Of a stretch of 64,000 nucleotides of DNA, positions 12,801 to 24,606 are shown one piece after another (the stretch's first letter is position 1; every line of letters begins with the position of its first letter). The position numbers were made by a program, and so were the translations under genes. The stretch spans positions 682,001 to 746,000 of the forward strand of contig JAKMXF010000110.1 in the NCBI GenBank assembly GCA_024704765.1, given 5' to 3'. The notes under the pieces are model-generated. The model ran no database searches. It saw only the letters and a list, made by a program, of their open reading frames with translations, and had not been told where the DNA came from. This stretch comes from Oopsacas minuta. Taxonomy: Eukaryota > Animalia > Porifera.

Positions 12801-13256
12801 GTGTCAGACATGAAAGATTCGAAAGTGAAGTCTGGAGCCGGAGATCCCGGTGAGATCTGAAAAAGGGAAATTACATATGAGGCGTCAAATCAATTGAGGC
12901 CGTACTACAAACTCATTTAACTAATTTCCTGGGATATTCAATGTTTTCCCATGAATTTTAAGATATTACCGCCCAAATAATCCAAAATATAGCAAAAATA
13001 TCAAAACTTCTCGGGGGTGTTGACAAGTGAGAATTACCCTCCTGGTAACTACATATGATTGGGAACCCTGGTATACCTACGGGGACATGGGGGAGACATA
13101 AATAGGATCTCATGCGCCATTTTATGTACCGCTAATAAACGTATGCATACTCACCATACATTGTGTATCCATGTAAGTATAGTTCTGGGATAATAGAGCA
13201 ACATTTGTTAGAGAATCACTTAAATCTTGTCCTGATATTTCATGTAGACTATCCAT
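1259..13256 (-). CDS. SBNO1: Strawberry notch homolog, multi-exon helicase-like nuclear protein
   Basis: Exons carry SBNO motifs: [154 protein letters not shown]. The start at 13256 is inferred from an in-frame spliced exon (MDSLHEISG...TQCM|ISPGSPAP...MSDTL). The 3' end is either the stop at 1259 or a short extra exon ending near 1125. Confidence 0.9.
2200..2358. mobile_element. MITE family A (TA-CAGT TIR, Tc1/mariner-pogo type), degenerate copy
   Basis: Begins TACAGTCAACTCTCGTT and ends GTAACGGGTGTTGACAG; internal sequence resembles the copies at 12203 and 42253. Confidence 0.6.
4195..4379. mobile_element. MITE family B (CAGTAGAACCTCG TIR)
   Basis: CAGTAGAACCTCG at the left end and CGAGGTTCTACTC at the right end; same TIR as 18080-18184. 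Confidence 0.55.
4930..6008 (+). CDS. CLAMP-family (CFAP119/CABCOCO1/C8orf74-like) ciliary protein; 2 exons (4930-5478, 5805-6008), nested antisense in an SBNO intron
   Basis: 185-aa ORF with [28 protein letters not shown] and [24 protein letters not shown], resembling the flagellar C1a-32/CLAMP family. GT donor at 5479 and AG acceptor at 5803-5804 join in phase 0 to ITIETVP...APLEEA, ending at TGA 6006-6008. Confidence 0.68.
6783..7874 (+). CDS. Intronless orphan seven-transmembrane protein, nested antisense in an SBNO intron
   Basis: About 363 aa from the ATG at 6783 with about 7 hydrophobic segments, an N-glycosylation sequon in a loop (NNTL) and a basic C-tail. No DRY or NPxxY motif. Shares a motif with 25324-26385. 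Confidence 0.75.
   Translation: MEKYLQNKAYIHIPVFVLNALGVVFSLGVVFFGIIWSGHFINHIQYVKRKIKAIKGYTNHIERERYINAVIDYKKSVFLTIISFTESWLHVFFWIIISYPQIKENSQNNTLPQFAEVLENDTLYDVLVIISMTIFIFLGSLVCMLTSYLTKAYDTKREINFNEYPLFIWLVIQLAIGWTISLIPGWRSECVPIYTIGICVAQIIVYVRKAKKLYCVLRRRRIDAYFEDMDLYKNLIAMCENFKYGAMLYTTNLVLYLSELVISIIQYFFVGIFIKIQFLEETLHIRDPFNSVKYDDKKVLHDIHHVFTYVISFITMLMLFFSFMLHLLIVLRAIVRRIQKKRAMNSEMRNVQNMLYRPLIEES
8481..8640. mobile_element. Interspersed repeat with AAAGGTGTGAAAATATT and an ACGG microsatellite (DINE-1/HINE-like architecture)
   Basis: Collinear with the reverse complement of 57420-57568: shared aaaggtgtgaaaatatt, cta(t/c)acccca, tagat(t/a)tctcaggaca and (acgg)n. Confidence 0.5.
9775..9912. repeat. 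Compound (GTCT)n(GTTT)n microsatellite in an SBNO intron
   Basis: Directly visible tetranucleotide array. Confidence 0.95.
10570..10669. mobile_element. MITE family C (CAGCTGTTCCCAAC TIR, hAT/Charlie-like ends)
   Basis: AGCAGTTCCCAACC...GTAGGGAACAGCTG with the internal GGTCCAC/GTCTATGGGAGGGG core seen in the copies at 6161 and 43461. Confidence 0.6.
10819..11168 (+). pseudogene. Frameshifted NHL-repeat (beta-propeller) gene fragment in an SBNO intron
   Basis: [17 protein letters not shown] resembles the NHL consensus (LYVxDxxNxRIQV). Restoring one base near 10987 gives [39 protein letters not shown], a second repeat-like unit, followed by stops. Confidence 0.55.
12203..12376. mobile_element. 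MITE family A, near-complete copy (about 172 bp)
   Basis: TACAGTAAACTCTTGTTATATC ... GATATAACAGGAGTTGACGTA inverted termini flanked by TA. Confidence 0.8.
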
Positions 13257-13617
13257 TCTCTAAATTAGTAAATAATAACAATAATAAATGAGGATTTGCA
13301 TATTTGAGGTGAATTGTCGAAAGAGCCATGCAGTAACGAGAAATTCCCCCTGAAAGAATATCACCTCTCTGCTTGGGAGATCATATTTACACCTTGTGTA
13401 CCCTTTTAAACTGTAAGTAATTAAGTATAAGAGAATAGAGATGGATGATCATTGACAATCACTAATGGCAATAAATACTATCATCCTATCTTGACAAATA
13501 ATAAACAAACAAACAAACAAACAAACAAACAAATGAATGAATGGATTTGCTAGCGAAATTAATTCACAACTAAAATCTAAATTCCCATTAGCCTATAGTC
13601 TCCTATCTGTTCTCCTG

Positions 13618-14173
13618 TCACTTCTTCTTGGCGGACTCCTTCTCCTTCGCTGGTTGGTTGGCAGGGGTCTTCGTGGCTGCCTCCTTCTTGTCAGGAGTTT
13701 TGGATTTAGGAGTGTAACCAAATTCTGGGACAAAGTCCTCTCTGATATCACCGTACTGCCACACGTTTAAGTGGTTTTGTTTAGCAGTTCTTTGGATGTG
13801 TTGATATTCTTCTAACTGTATGTAGAAATAGATTTGTAAACATTTTGTTTGTTTGTTTGTTTGTTTGTTGTTTTATTCGTACTTTAGAGAGTTAAATTTC
13901 ACTCAAATACACTTAGTGCCTCCAACTTTGAATAGATTCAATTGAGGGTAAGCTGTCGGTACAGATTGTGTTTTGATAGGTTTATTAGTTAGTTAGTTTG
14001 TTTGTTTTTGTTTGTTTGTTTACCAGTTGTTTATTTCTTCTATCTCTCCTCTTATTATCAACTAATAATAATCCTTCAGAGATTAAGGTTCTGGCTACAT
14101 CACTATCTGTATCTTGAGATGTGTATATTAATGCTTGATCCTAAGTAGTAAACAATAATATCAACAAGACACC

Positions 14174-14231
<58 letters not shown>

Positions 14232-17200
14232 TTCTCATAACTTACACAAGTAACATTAGCAGTAGTTTGTTGTTTAGGTTGTGTGTTTACAAATACGTGT
14301 TTGTTGAGTGTTAAGAATAGAAGCTCTCTCTGCGCTTCTTTACACCATTCCTCCTAAAAACAACACAAATCTCAAATCAAAGTCTGTGACGACATTTTCA
14401 CTAATTGAATTACGGCGGACTATTGAGACTAAACATATTTCGAAAATTTTTTCTAACTAATCATGTTAGACATTTGTAAGTGTCAAAATTCTCTTAGTTA
14501 ATATAGCCCAAAAGGTGTGAAAATATGAGTAATCATGTATCGTGCTAGATAGTATACCTACATCTTGAGGTGGCACAGTTAGAAACAGCTGGAACTCCTT
14601 CGCCTGAGGGGGGAGAGAGGCGTATTGGTCGGGTAGCCTAGCTATACGATCAGGAGATAATATTTGAGTATTCCCATAATCTATATAGTGAACTGCGAAT
14701 TTGTCCTGTGAGACCATTTGCTGTATTTCAGCTCTGTACCATTCATTATCCATAAACCTAGCAACCAAAGTGTGACAAATATGTAGAAAATTCCAAAATG
14801 TTTTAATCAAATTAAACTAAACTGAAACTGACACAACCTTGCTACCCTGTTCCCAGTTTGTGTAGGTTCATTTGTATGGGACTAGAAATGAAACAATATG
14901 GAATTAAATACGGAACTAACTTTGCAGCAACTTTCATATTCCTCCTCAAGGTAATAAGTCCTGTGGGAGGGTTTGTAAGGAAGTGCTCTTTCATTTTAGC
15001 TGAAAAGTCCCTAACAGCGTCCGCAGTGGTCACAGGTTGTGCCCAGAGGGAGTTTGGGTTGTGTACCTCTGTGACTATCATTTCCCTGGCAGTGGACAAG
15101 GGATCTGATACCTGATGGTCTACATAGTTTGAAGAGTCCTCGGTGTCTCTGCTATCACGTGTAGAAGATACACTATAGAGTAATATATCATAAAGTAACA
15201 CCTTGACATAAGCAGAACTCAGATAAGATGTGCTAATAATCAAGCTAGCACCTTAATCAGTTAAATCAGGTCAAATTATAAGGATCGTATATTCTACTAA
15301 TTATAATCACATATAACTAACTATTCGTCTTCAGCTTGTGATGCATCATACGTCTCCCATATCCGTATCCTCCTCCTCTTAGCCTCCCTCTCAGCTGCAG
15401 ATAATGTGTCGTATAGGGCGCCGTAAGCAGAGCTGTGAAGATAAGCTAATCCTTCCTCCACGAGTGAACGAGCAAGGTTCTTATTGCCCTCATAGAGTAG
15501 TGTCCCTATGAAGCTACCTCTCTTGTCAATGTTCTCTATTTCAATATTAACCTATAGATGTATATAGCCTCATGAATACAGTAACTCCCGTAATATTGAA
15601 GCTCAAAGGACGACGGTAATTACTTCGATATACAATCTAATTGGCATAAAGTGAACAGGTGTGAATTATAAGGTGTATAACTAGATGTCACTACGAGTAT
15701 ACATGCCAAATTTGGTGTCTTAATCTCTAAAGGTGTGAACAGGAGAGCGAACTTAAGTGTCTCCCTCTGATGAGCTCTCAGTACTGAAATACTATGAAAT
15801 AGAGTTACTTCTTAAAGTGCTAATTCAATTAATTTGCATTATAAAGGTTTGTAGTTTCTAAGATAATATTACATCACTGAGAGCGAGTGAGGGCTACCAA
15901 GCCAAGAAATGTTGAGGCAACAAGACCGGATATCAATGGAACTGCACAAGTTTCTATAAAATTGAGTAAATACAGTAGAAATGATGATATGAATAATATC
16001 CTGCAAAATACACACAAATACTCACATAAACACACAAATACTCACATAAACACACAAATACTCACAAATACTCACAAATACTCACAAATACTCACATAAA
16101 CATTATCTGCCTTAAGTTGTATCACAAATTATTGGGGAGCTCAAGTTACAGAAATAATTACTGTATGCTCATATCAAACACAAACAATACATAATAGAAT
16201 AATATACATCTATAATAAACAATTAGTAAAATGGCAAGCAATGTATATCCATTTTACGACTGTTTTCGAGAGATTCCTACCATAGAAACAATCTACTTAG
16301 GCATACCTAATGATTACAATGAAATTCTCTACATAAAGAGTTCTTCTCCTATTTTCGGCCTGAAGAGGTACTGCGGATATAAGGAAGATTATTTGATAAA
16401 CAACTTGACAGAACTGGAGCAGAATTATGTAATTTGTCCTGTCTGTAAAGGAATAATGAGAGATGCTGTAGTTAGTGTATTACATTCCTCAACCATTAGT
16501 TGTAAAACATGTTCAAAACTTGGTGGCTGTAAGCCAATTCAAAAGGTGAGAGATTCTATTTCTAAGCTCAAGATAAGATGTCCATTGCTTACAGAATGCG
16601 ATTGGAAAGGAGAATTATCTAAAGCTGAAATACACTTAGAAGAATGCAAACATGTATCCATAAGATGTAGCCTACATTGTGGCGAAACTCTCAAAAGATT
16701 TGATAAAAGTATTCATGAGGAAGAGCTTTGTCCATTACGTAATGTATCATGTGAATATTGTGCACGGACTGGATTAGCGGAGGACCTGGAGGATCATCTA
16801 GAAGAATGTCCTGAATGCAAGATTGATTGTCCGAATGGATGTGCTAAAGAAGTCATTAGAAAAGATGTTGATGAGCATAATGAAGAGTGTAAAAAATTCA
16901 AGCTATATTGTCCCTTTGAAATGTTAGAAGACACATATTTAGAATCTTGTGAAGAGTCTATCCAACGAGAATATCTACCCCTGCATAATGAACAGCAGTA
17001 CATAGTGCATATTAATATGCTACGCAAACAATTAGTTTCCCTAGAAAATAGGCTAGATGAATTGGAACTGAAAGTTAAATGCAAGAAAGACCTAGATGGG
17101 TGTGAATGGGACATGGATAAACAATCAAAAGGTCCCGAATTTTATGTACATGGATACAAACTGCAGATAACCGATGAAAGGCAACCAGATGGAGACATAT

Positions 17201-20200
17201 CGTTCAAGATAAAAAGAATAAAAGGTGATAATGACGAAAGATTGAGTAGAGCAAGCATAACTGAGTGTCGCATTATGAAAATTTGCAGAGATATACCAAA
17301 TAAATCTGATGTTGACATATACCCCATGAAATACGATTTGGTGATAGGAACTGAAAGCGAACCATTTGGATATTATGAAGATATTTACGATTTAGATATG
17401 CCAATCTTTCGCTTCTATTTCGATACAGACAACACACAAATAGCAGAGATACAGAAGAAATATGAAAAAATAGAAATTATCTCTACAACTTTCTAATCTC
17501 TATTCTCCTTTAGAAGAGTATAGTGATTATTTGTGTGTTTATAGTTACTTTTCTATTTACTCTCTGTAAGCTATTAGTCAGTACTTAAGAGAAGAAGTAT
17601 GTTTGAACAAGTCGATTATTTGGCCTTTGACAGCGAAAGCTACCATTTGAATAATTGTGTATGTTAATAAAATGATGAAAAACAGTGACAGCAGCGAAAT
17701 ATCTGGAGTTTACTAGTAACAGACTGGAGTGGCAGAGTGGCAGAATGACTGATTCGGAAATCTAACCTATAAGGGCATGAAGCCACAAACTAAATAAATA
17801 ATAATACTCACGTCATGTTGTAACACTTTCTCTTTAGAGAAGTTAATAGCATCTATACCATAAGGTTCTTCTTGTCCCTGTTGTACTGGACCACCAGGTC
17901 CTTTAGGACAACTTATCCCTGTCAGGATAAATGATATCAAGATCTGCTCCTTTGGGATATAAACTCTAAATCTGTTACCACTAGTAACATACTCTACCAC
18001 AGCTTTAACTCTACCGCTACGTTGAAGAGAGGATTGGAATGTTCGAGCTTTGGATACATCCTAGATAATATAATATAAATACAGTGAAACTGCGTTAATA
18101 CGAATTTCCGGTTAATACGTACTCCGGATAAGAGCACAGATCTCGACGGTCCCTTGGTGTACGTATTAACGAGGTTCTACTGTAGAACAGAAGATAGCGG
18201 TTACTAAATTGGAGGTTAAAGGCCCACTGGGTGTCAGGAATAGTTCTAGATCTGTCGTACTCGGAGCGGGGAGGGGACAAGATTTTCAAATCTGGGAGAT
18301 TCCCCATCTGCCCCCTATAACAGCCACAGGGTCCATGGGTGAAATGTTGGAACCGCAGATCTTTTGAATTCCACCCAAAAAGTGTCAAATATAATTAATC
18401 GCCAAAAGTGTGTGAAATTATTAATTTAGATAATATCAATAAATGTAAGATAAAAGAGGAAGTAATCTGACTAACTTACAGTAGACAACTCTGCCACCTT
18501 TAATATGGCATTATCCGGCATTTTCTTAGCATGTAGTCCTCTCCCTTCATCTTTAGCTATACCCTCTGCACGCATAAGAGCATCTAGGTGCTGTGATCGC
18601 AGATCATCACCTCCTTTGTGTCGGATAGCCAGACCGAGCCCACGAATAATCAGAGCTTCTGCTACATTCTTAACATTATCATTAGTCCCACCACCTGCAC
18701 CCTGTGGTGCAATGATGGTAACACATATTCTCTCTGAGTATTGATCCTGAGGTGGTCTGGTGTAGTCAACCTCTACTGACACCTAAAAACGTGAGTTATA
18801 ATGCTTTTACTGTAAATACAGGACAGAGAGCTTCACTGTGCGACTCGATTTCACACCTCTGATTCATTTTAAATCTCACATTTCCTCTACTTAAGACTAA
18901 TTATCTTTTGATTTCAAATAACACCTCTAAATAGAGAAGTATTTTCCTGTTAAAAATGAGACAAACAGACTTTCAAGGAAATATTGTTTTCTCCCACAAA
19001 TTCCTTAATAAAATATTGTAGAAATGGAGTTAAATGGAATGTACAAGTTACATCTGGTATTCATTCATATGCCTATCTGAGACTGGAATTTTATTGGTTC
19101 AAAATATAGGTTCACACTCTGGAGTCAATTGACCTCTTGGTGGTCCACGAACAACAGTGGGGTCCATCAGATCTCAAAATTTGTATATACCTCTGGAACG
19201 GGTCTACGAGTTAAGAACTTAAAAGAACCAAACTAACCTTCTTGCCAACAAGCCATTTCCTGAGGAATTCTCTAGCTTCAAAGAAGAACGGTTGGTCGTA
19301 GAGGGCACGAGTTGGTCTTGAGGATTCAAATTCCTTTCTGGGGGGACCTCGAGTTGAACTCAGAAATACTTTCTGAATAGAATCCTGTTTGTCACCTGTC
19401 TTAAGGATCAGCTGTTCTGCACTGACAATCTCGAGTACCTATTGTATCAGACAGAATATGAGACTATTAAATGGGGGCGATAAGGTCTCTACAAAGGGTA
19501 CTTTTGGGCCTCTATTTCTGCGGTTCCGAAACCTATGGTGCTGGATCCCTTGGACAAAACTGTCCCCCTACTGATGAGACAAATATATTTACCTTTGCTT
19601 GATATTTTTTCTTGTCCGTGGAGTAGGATTGTGAGGAAGAAAGAGGAGGTGCTCCTAACCATATTTTCACACCTTTCTGTTTGGCAGCATTCTCTAATTG
19701 TTTGTATTTATCTCTTGTTTGTTGGTCAGGAAGGTGTTTTTGACTCCATTGCATTACTCTAGCGAAACCTTCTTGTATTAGATATTCAGCTATGTTTCCT
19801 CTCTAAACAATAACAAACAATAACAACAATAACAAACAATAACAAACAATAACAAACAATAACAACAATAACAAACAAAAACAAACAATAACAAACAATA
19901 ACAAACAATAACAATATGATATAATTCACCATATATGACTCATTTTTGATTTATGCTTCTTCGAGCCAAAATCGGCAATTATATATCAATCATTTTTCGC
20001 ATCTAAAAAATAATGGGCTCGTAGTTGTGTCGCGTGCCACAAATGTTCTTACAAAATTATCTATACATGCTTATTAGCTATTTAACCATGGATGGGGATG
20101 TATTTGATATTATATTAACTGCCCTCACCAACCAAGCGAAGAATGCCTTAAAATGACGTAGAACAAATCCACCATCCATGGTTACATAACAAATAAGCAT

Positions 20201-21889
20201 ATAGAGGGTCTACTATTCAATTTGTTAATTAGATTAGAGAGTACTCACCACATGAAGTATAGTAACAAGAGGAACCTGATTATTAATACCATCAAATCTT
20301 ATCTTCACATCTCTCTGTAACAATCGTATTTCTACAGCGTACTTAGCCCTGAGGCCCAGCTCAGGGTCATCTTGAGGATCATCGCGGGAGGGGCATCTGA
20401 TACCGGTTATCTGAGCTGTGAAGTTTTGATGTGTAGAGGGAATACATAACCTTAAGGTGTTGCCATTTAAGACCTGTTCCACTATTCCTATATGAATAAT
20501 GCCATATATTGAATTGTGTGTGTGTGTGTGTGTTTGTTTATAAATAAAACAGCAAAATAACGCATCAGAATATCCATGGTTCATATACTTATAAACTTAC
20601 CGTCCAATATTTTTCCTTTGTGTTTGTCAACAAATTGTGTAGAAGTATCTTGGTTAATTGTTTGAACATTCCTGATAGAGTCTGTTGTAACCATGGAATA
20701 CATTCCCAGCTTAAGTGCCTCTGCTTCCTCTTTGAATTGTACAATTCTGTCATACTCTCTATACAACAAGTAAACAAATAATTACACAAACAGGTAAACA
20801 AACAAACAAACAAACAAACACATACTCAGTGCCTTTCTTAGAAGGCTGCTCTCTCAATTTAGCTAATCCGGCTCGAACAATTTTCTCAGACAAATTTTCT
20901 AAACAAAACAACTCAATCAACAATCACATACACAAATACCTATCACCACTAACCGTTGTTATACATAACCTTAGCTATTTTCTTGCTATTCTTTACTGTA
21001 ATCTCTACACTGTATTGAACTAGCTCTCCTATGACTAATTGTCTCAGAAACTCACGGCTAGCCCATGCGTATGGCTGTAAACAATAATAATAATAACTAC
21101 AGCCAACTCCCTGTATGTTGAAGCTCAAGGGACCATGATAACGAGAGGACACACAGTTTATGACATAAAAAGAGGAAACTTACTTCATCCTGTGTACCCT
21201 CACTACTGTCCGTGTCTCTAGGTCCAGGTCTCCTACCCAGTTTAGGTCCCTGAATCATAGTCAGTGTAATCTGTTGCTCTGTCGGAGGTCCATTTAGTCC
21301 CTTCTGAGCTCGTATCAATAGAGTATCACCTGATATTACCTACAAGACAATTACAGCTGTAATCAACCAATCAATATACAAACTTGTGAATATTGTAAAA
21401 AGCTAGCATCTGATTGGGTATTCTATAATGTAGGCATAATAGAGAAGTATAAAAGCTCACTTGTTTGACAATAGCATCTCCTTTGTCAGTTAGCTCTGTT
21501 AGACTTCTGTCCTGTTGTTGAGGGGCCTGGGGTGCAGGAGGTTGTTTGTATGTAGGCTGTACTGGGTGATAGGGTGCAGATGGTGTAGCAGCTGGAAAAG
21601 GAATGTAATATATATGTAGCTAAGGTAAAATACGTGAAATTCTGGGATAATCTAAGAGGGAGGGTTGGAAATAAGAGCATCATTGGGAGTGGCAATACAT
21701 GTTCTTATACCCGCATCTGCTATATAATTCTCAAGTACACCAGTACTTACATTTTGTTAATTGACTAGCGAATGAAGTGTCCGGGACAGATATAGGAGGG
21801 TCGAGTGAGGGAGGTGCAGGTGGAATATCTTGGTGGATAGAGTTCATGTCCCCGATGGGATCAGGGGATACTGATTCTATTGTAGCCAT
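13618..21889 (-). CDS. SND1: Staphylococcal nuclease and Tudor domain protein (Tudor-SN), multi-exon
   Basis: SN-repeat exons (IVKQ|VISGDTLLIRAQKGLNGPPTEQQITL, EPYAWASREFLRQLVIG, VEQVLNGNTLRL, VEYVTSGNRFRVYIPKE, EEPYGIDAINFSKEKVLQHD), a Tudor exon (ARFMDNEWYRAEI...VHYIDYGN) and the C-terminus NVWQYGDIRED...KKK* at 13618. The start at 21889 is inferred from splice sites. Confidence 0.92.
14165..14230. repeat. (AAC)n trinucleotide microsatellite in an SND1 intron
   Basis: Directly visible. Confidence 0.95.
16005..16100. repeat. Short tandem array of AAATACTCAC/ACAC units
   Basis: Directly visible upstream of the nested TRAF-like gene. Confidence 0.85.
16231..17496 (+). CDS. Intronless TRAF-type zinc-finger protein, nested antisense in the SND1 intron at about 15553-17810
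   Basis: 421-aa ORF with a degenerate RING (CPVC...SCKTC), tandem TRAF zinc fingers (RCPLLTECDWKGELSKAEIHLEEC, CSLHC...HEEELC, CEYC...HLEEC, CPNGC...HNEEC), a coiled coil, and a MATH-like start (GPEFYVHGYKLQI). Confidence 0.85.
   Translation: MASNVYPFYDCFREIPTIETIYLGIPNDYNEILYIKSSSPIFGLKRYCGYKEDYLINNLTELEQNYVICPVCKGIMRDAVVSVLHSSTISCKTCSKLGGCKPIQKVRDSISKLKIRCPLLTECDWKGELSKAEIHLEECKHVSIRCSLHCGETLKRFDKSIHEEELCPLRNVSCEYCARTGLAEDLEDHLEECPECKIDCPNGCAKEVIRKDVDEHNEECKKFKLYCPFEMLEDTYLESCEESIQREYLPLHNEQQYIVHINMLRKQLVSLENRLDELELKVKCKKDLDGCEWDMDKQSKGPEFYVHGYKLQITDERQPDGDISFKIKRIKGDNDERLSRASITECRIMKICRDIPNKSDVDIYPMKYDLVIGTESEPFGYYEDIYDLDMPIFRFYFDTDNTQIAEIQKKYEKIEIISTTF
18080..18184. mobile_element. MITE family B (about 103 bp)
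   Basis: TACAGTGAAACTGCGTTAATACG ... CGTATTAACGAGGTTCTACTGTA inverted termini with TA flanks. Confidence 0.75.
19805..19912. repeat. (AACAAACAAT)n-type microsatellite in an SND1 intron
   Basis: Directly visible. Confidence 0.9.
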
Positions 21890-23219
21890 TCAATACTATG
21901 CTAATACAATGAAAATATTGAAATATAATACGTAATTACAAATACAGACATATCTATCAAGCATTTTGCCACATCTCGTGATATAATCTAAATGGGCATG
22001 TTCCATGGTAAAGTGAGGAACTTATGCCACATAGTGACGTAGGGACAATGCTTTGTAAAGTTTTGGGGAGGCTCGCACCATAAATGCCCCCTATTACTCG
22101 CCTTGGCTATCCACATCAGTCAGCAGCTATGGGTAATACACTTGACGACCACCCCGGTAGATAAAAGCATTTTTCTGAGTCTCTTGGGGCGTAGTTAGGT
22201 AAATGGAACCATCCATAGCTGTCTAGGAAGGCCCCGGAAACCGGATCCGGCGGCTGATCATTTACAAGTGACAGTATAGCCAAAGCAGCACAGTAGGCAA
22301 GTAAGTATACAAAAACACATGGGAATGACCCATAGTTTGACTACCCAACTGATTTCAATATACAACTTGAATACGTATTGCTAGCCTATTAGAACTAATC
22401 CATCGTTACAGAGCTTCCATTTTTCACTGAACTGAACGGACGGATGCATTCCCAAGTAGAATTATCCGTGATATTATATCGTGTGTGAAAATGGGAATTC
22501 CATAAAATTGCGTTTTCTAGTTTTGAAAATTCCCATTTTTATATTATAAAGATATCAAATTGTGTGTGAATAAAATGTAAAGTGGATCTTTGGGATTAAA
22601 TTGTGAAGCCAATAAATTCACAAACAAATGGAATTCATTCAACTCACAATATGTTGGGCCTTTTATCTTTACAGGTTCTATCTTCTATAAAGACTAGATA
22701 TAAGAACTATGCTTATTTATGCCCTCAATTGTTGAAAATACTGGCGAATATATCGACCTTCCATTTTTCGTGGAAGGGAACTGACAAGTTTGACTAGAAC
22801 AAGACCCATTGAGTTTGGGCCTTGGATATCGCAGTATATTCTAGAACACTCGTCAAGCATTTGTTGTGACTTGACACATTGATGGTAATGAATTTGTAAT
22901 TTTGTAGCCATTTTAGGAATTTTAAGTAATTATGCCAAGCAAAGTATCAGCTACCAGGCGCGAGATTACATGAATTTTTGTGTTTCTGGCTAGAAAGTTA
23001 ACAAATTGATTACCATCAATGGTGTGAAAAGTCACAACTAAATAATCAAATGCATTACAAGTGATAATTCTAGAATATTCTGCGATTCCCAACGCCAGAA
23101 GGGTAGCAAAAATCCTAAAATTCAAACTAGTCGGTTCTGTTCGATGAATAGCAACCGTGAAATTACTAACTATTTAACTATAGCCATAAGCCTATTAGAT
23201 AATTCAGAGAGAATTCCTT

Positions 23220-24606
23220 ATGGCAATGCAAAAGGCATTCAATACCGCAAAATCTATTGGCTTAGGAATTGCTGAGTCAGTCACACCCGTTTTGAAGGAG
23301 TCTAAATTTAGGGAGACAGGGGTCATAACTCCAGAGGAATTTGTTTTGGCGGGCGATCATTTGGTGCTACATTGTCCTACTTGGAGCTGGTCAGCTGGAG
23401 AGAGTAGCAAACGGAAGCCTTATTTACCATTAGGTATGTTTGTTTGTTTATTTGTTTGTTTGTCTATTATTGACTCTGTGTAGATAAACAATTCCTAACA
23501 ACAAAGAACGTCCCCTGCTTCAAGAGATGTAAACAAATTATGTCAGAGGTGTCGGGAGGGAGTAAAGACCATATGGTTAAGCTAACAGAAGATGATGATG
23601 AGGGGTGGGTGGATACACACCATGGGATACAGGATGAACAGGCTACTGTTGCTGTTATGAGCATGGGATCTGAAGATACTGAGGTAGGGAAAAAGGGTGA
23701 GTTCAGGCGGATCGTGACAAATATTCCCGATTACTTATCCTAAGGTCGATTGCAACGGTCCCAACCTTGGACTGACCCCTTGGTAGTGGGGTCCACGAAT
23801 GAAAAGGGTTGGGAACCGCTTGTCTATTGCATAAGAAAAGCCCCCTCAAGGGGTTCATAATAAGACCAATTCCCATGTTACTAAATACTTGCTATAGCCA
23901 TATCATACTGTATATGGCTATATGCCTATTGCAATATTAAGACCCTGACATCTGATTGGTTGTAGAAACAACAACAACAACAACAGCTGCTCCTGTAACT
24001 GAGACAGCTGATTCGTCAGATGATGATGAGGTAGCTGTAGATATAGATGAATATGATCAACAAGATGTACAAGAGTCCGATCCTGCTACCGTAGTTGTAC
24101 CCTCTAAGCCTATTGAACCTGTTAGTAAGAAAATACCAGCTGCTCAGTCTAGTGCTGTGTTACAGACGAGACGGTATGATTTGAATATTACTTATGATAA
24201 GTATTATCAAACTCCTAGGTTTGTTTGTTTGTTTGTTTGTTTGTTTGTTTGTTTACTTATTTGTTAGTTTGTTTACTAGTTTACCTGTTTGTCTGTTTAC
24301 AGATTGTGGTTATTCGGGTATTCAGAGAATGAATCAATCTTAACAGAAGAACAGATGTATGAAGACATTTCACAAGACCACCTCAACAAAACAGTTACCA
24401 TGGAAACGCATCCCCACTTACCACCACCTTCTCGCCTCTCAATACACCCCTGTCGTCACGCTGAGGTGATGAAACGAATTATGGACACAGTAGCTGAGGG
24501 AGGAGGCCACTTAGAAGTCCATATGTACCTCATGGTTTTCTTAAAATTCGTCCAAGCAGTGATCCCAACGATAGAATATGACTTTACTAGAGAATTCAAG
24601 CTGTAG
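23220..24606 (+). CDS. ATG3: Autophagy E2-like conjugating enzyme ATG3, 4 exons
   Basis: [77 protein letters not shown], catalytic [12 protein letters not shown], and [17 protein letters not shown]. Confidence 0.95.

Noticed and set aside
11451-12811. 312-aa and 132-aa minus-strand ORFs as separate genes
   Set aside because: They splice in frame as low-complexity N-terminal exons of SBNO; the ORF ends run into introns.
13020-13420. Possible snRNA or other ncRNA between SBNO and SND1
   Set aside because: No match to U1-type or tRNA features; part of it is better explained as the first coding exon of SBNO.
14466-15243. Stand-alone Tudor-domain gene
   Set aside because: These are the Tudor exons of SND1, flanked by SN4 and C-terminal exons on the same strand.
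3789-16880. VIRKDVD occurs in both SBNO and the TRAF-like protein
   Set aside because: The codons differ and flanks are unrelated; coincidence.
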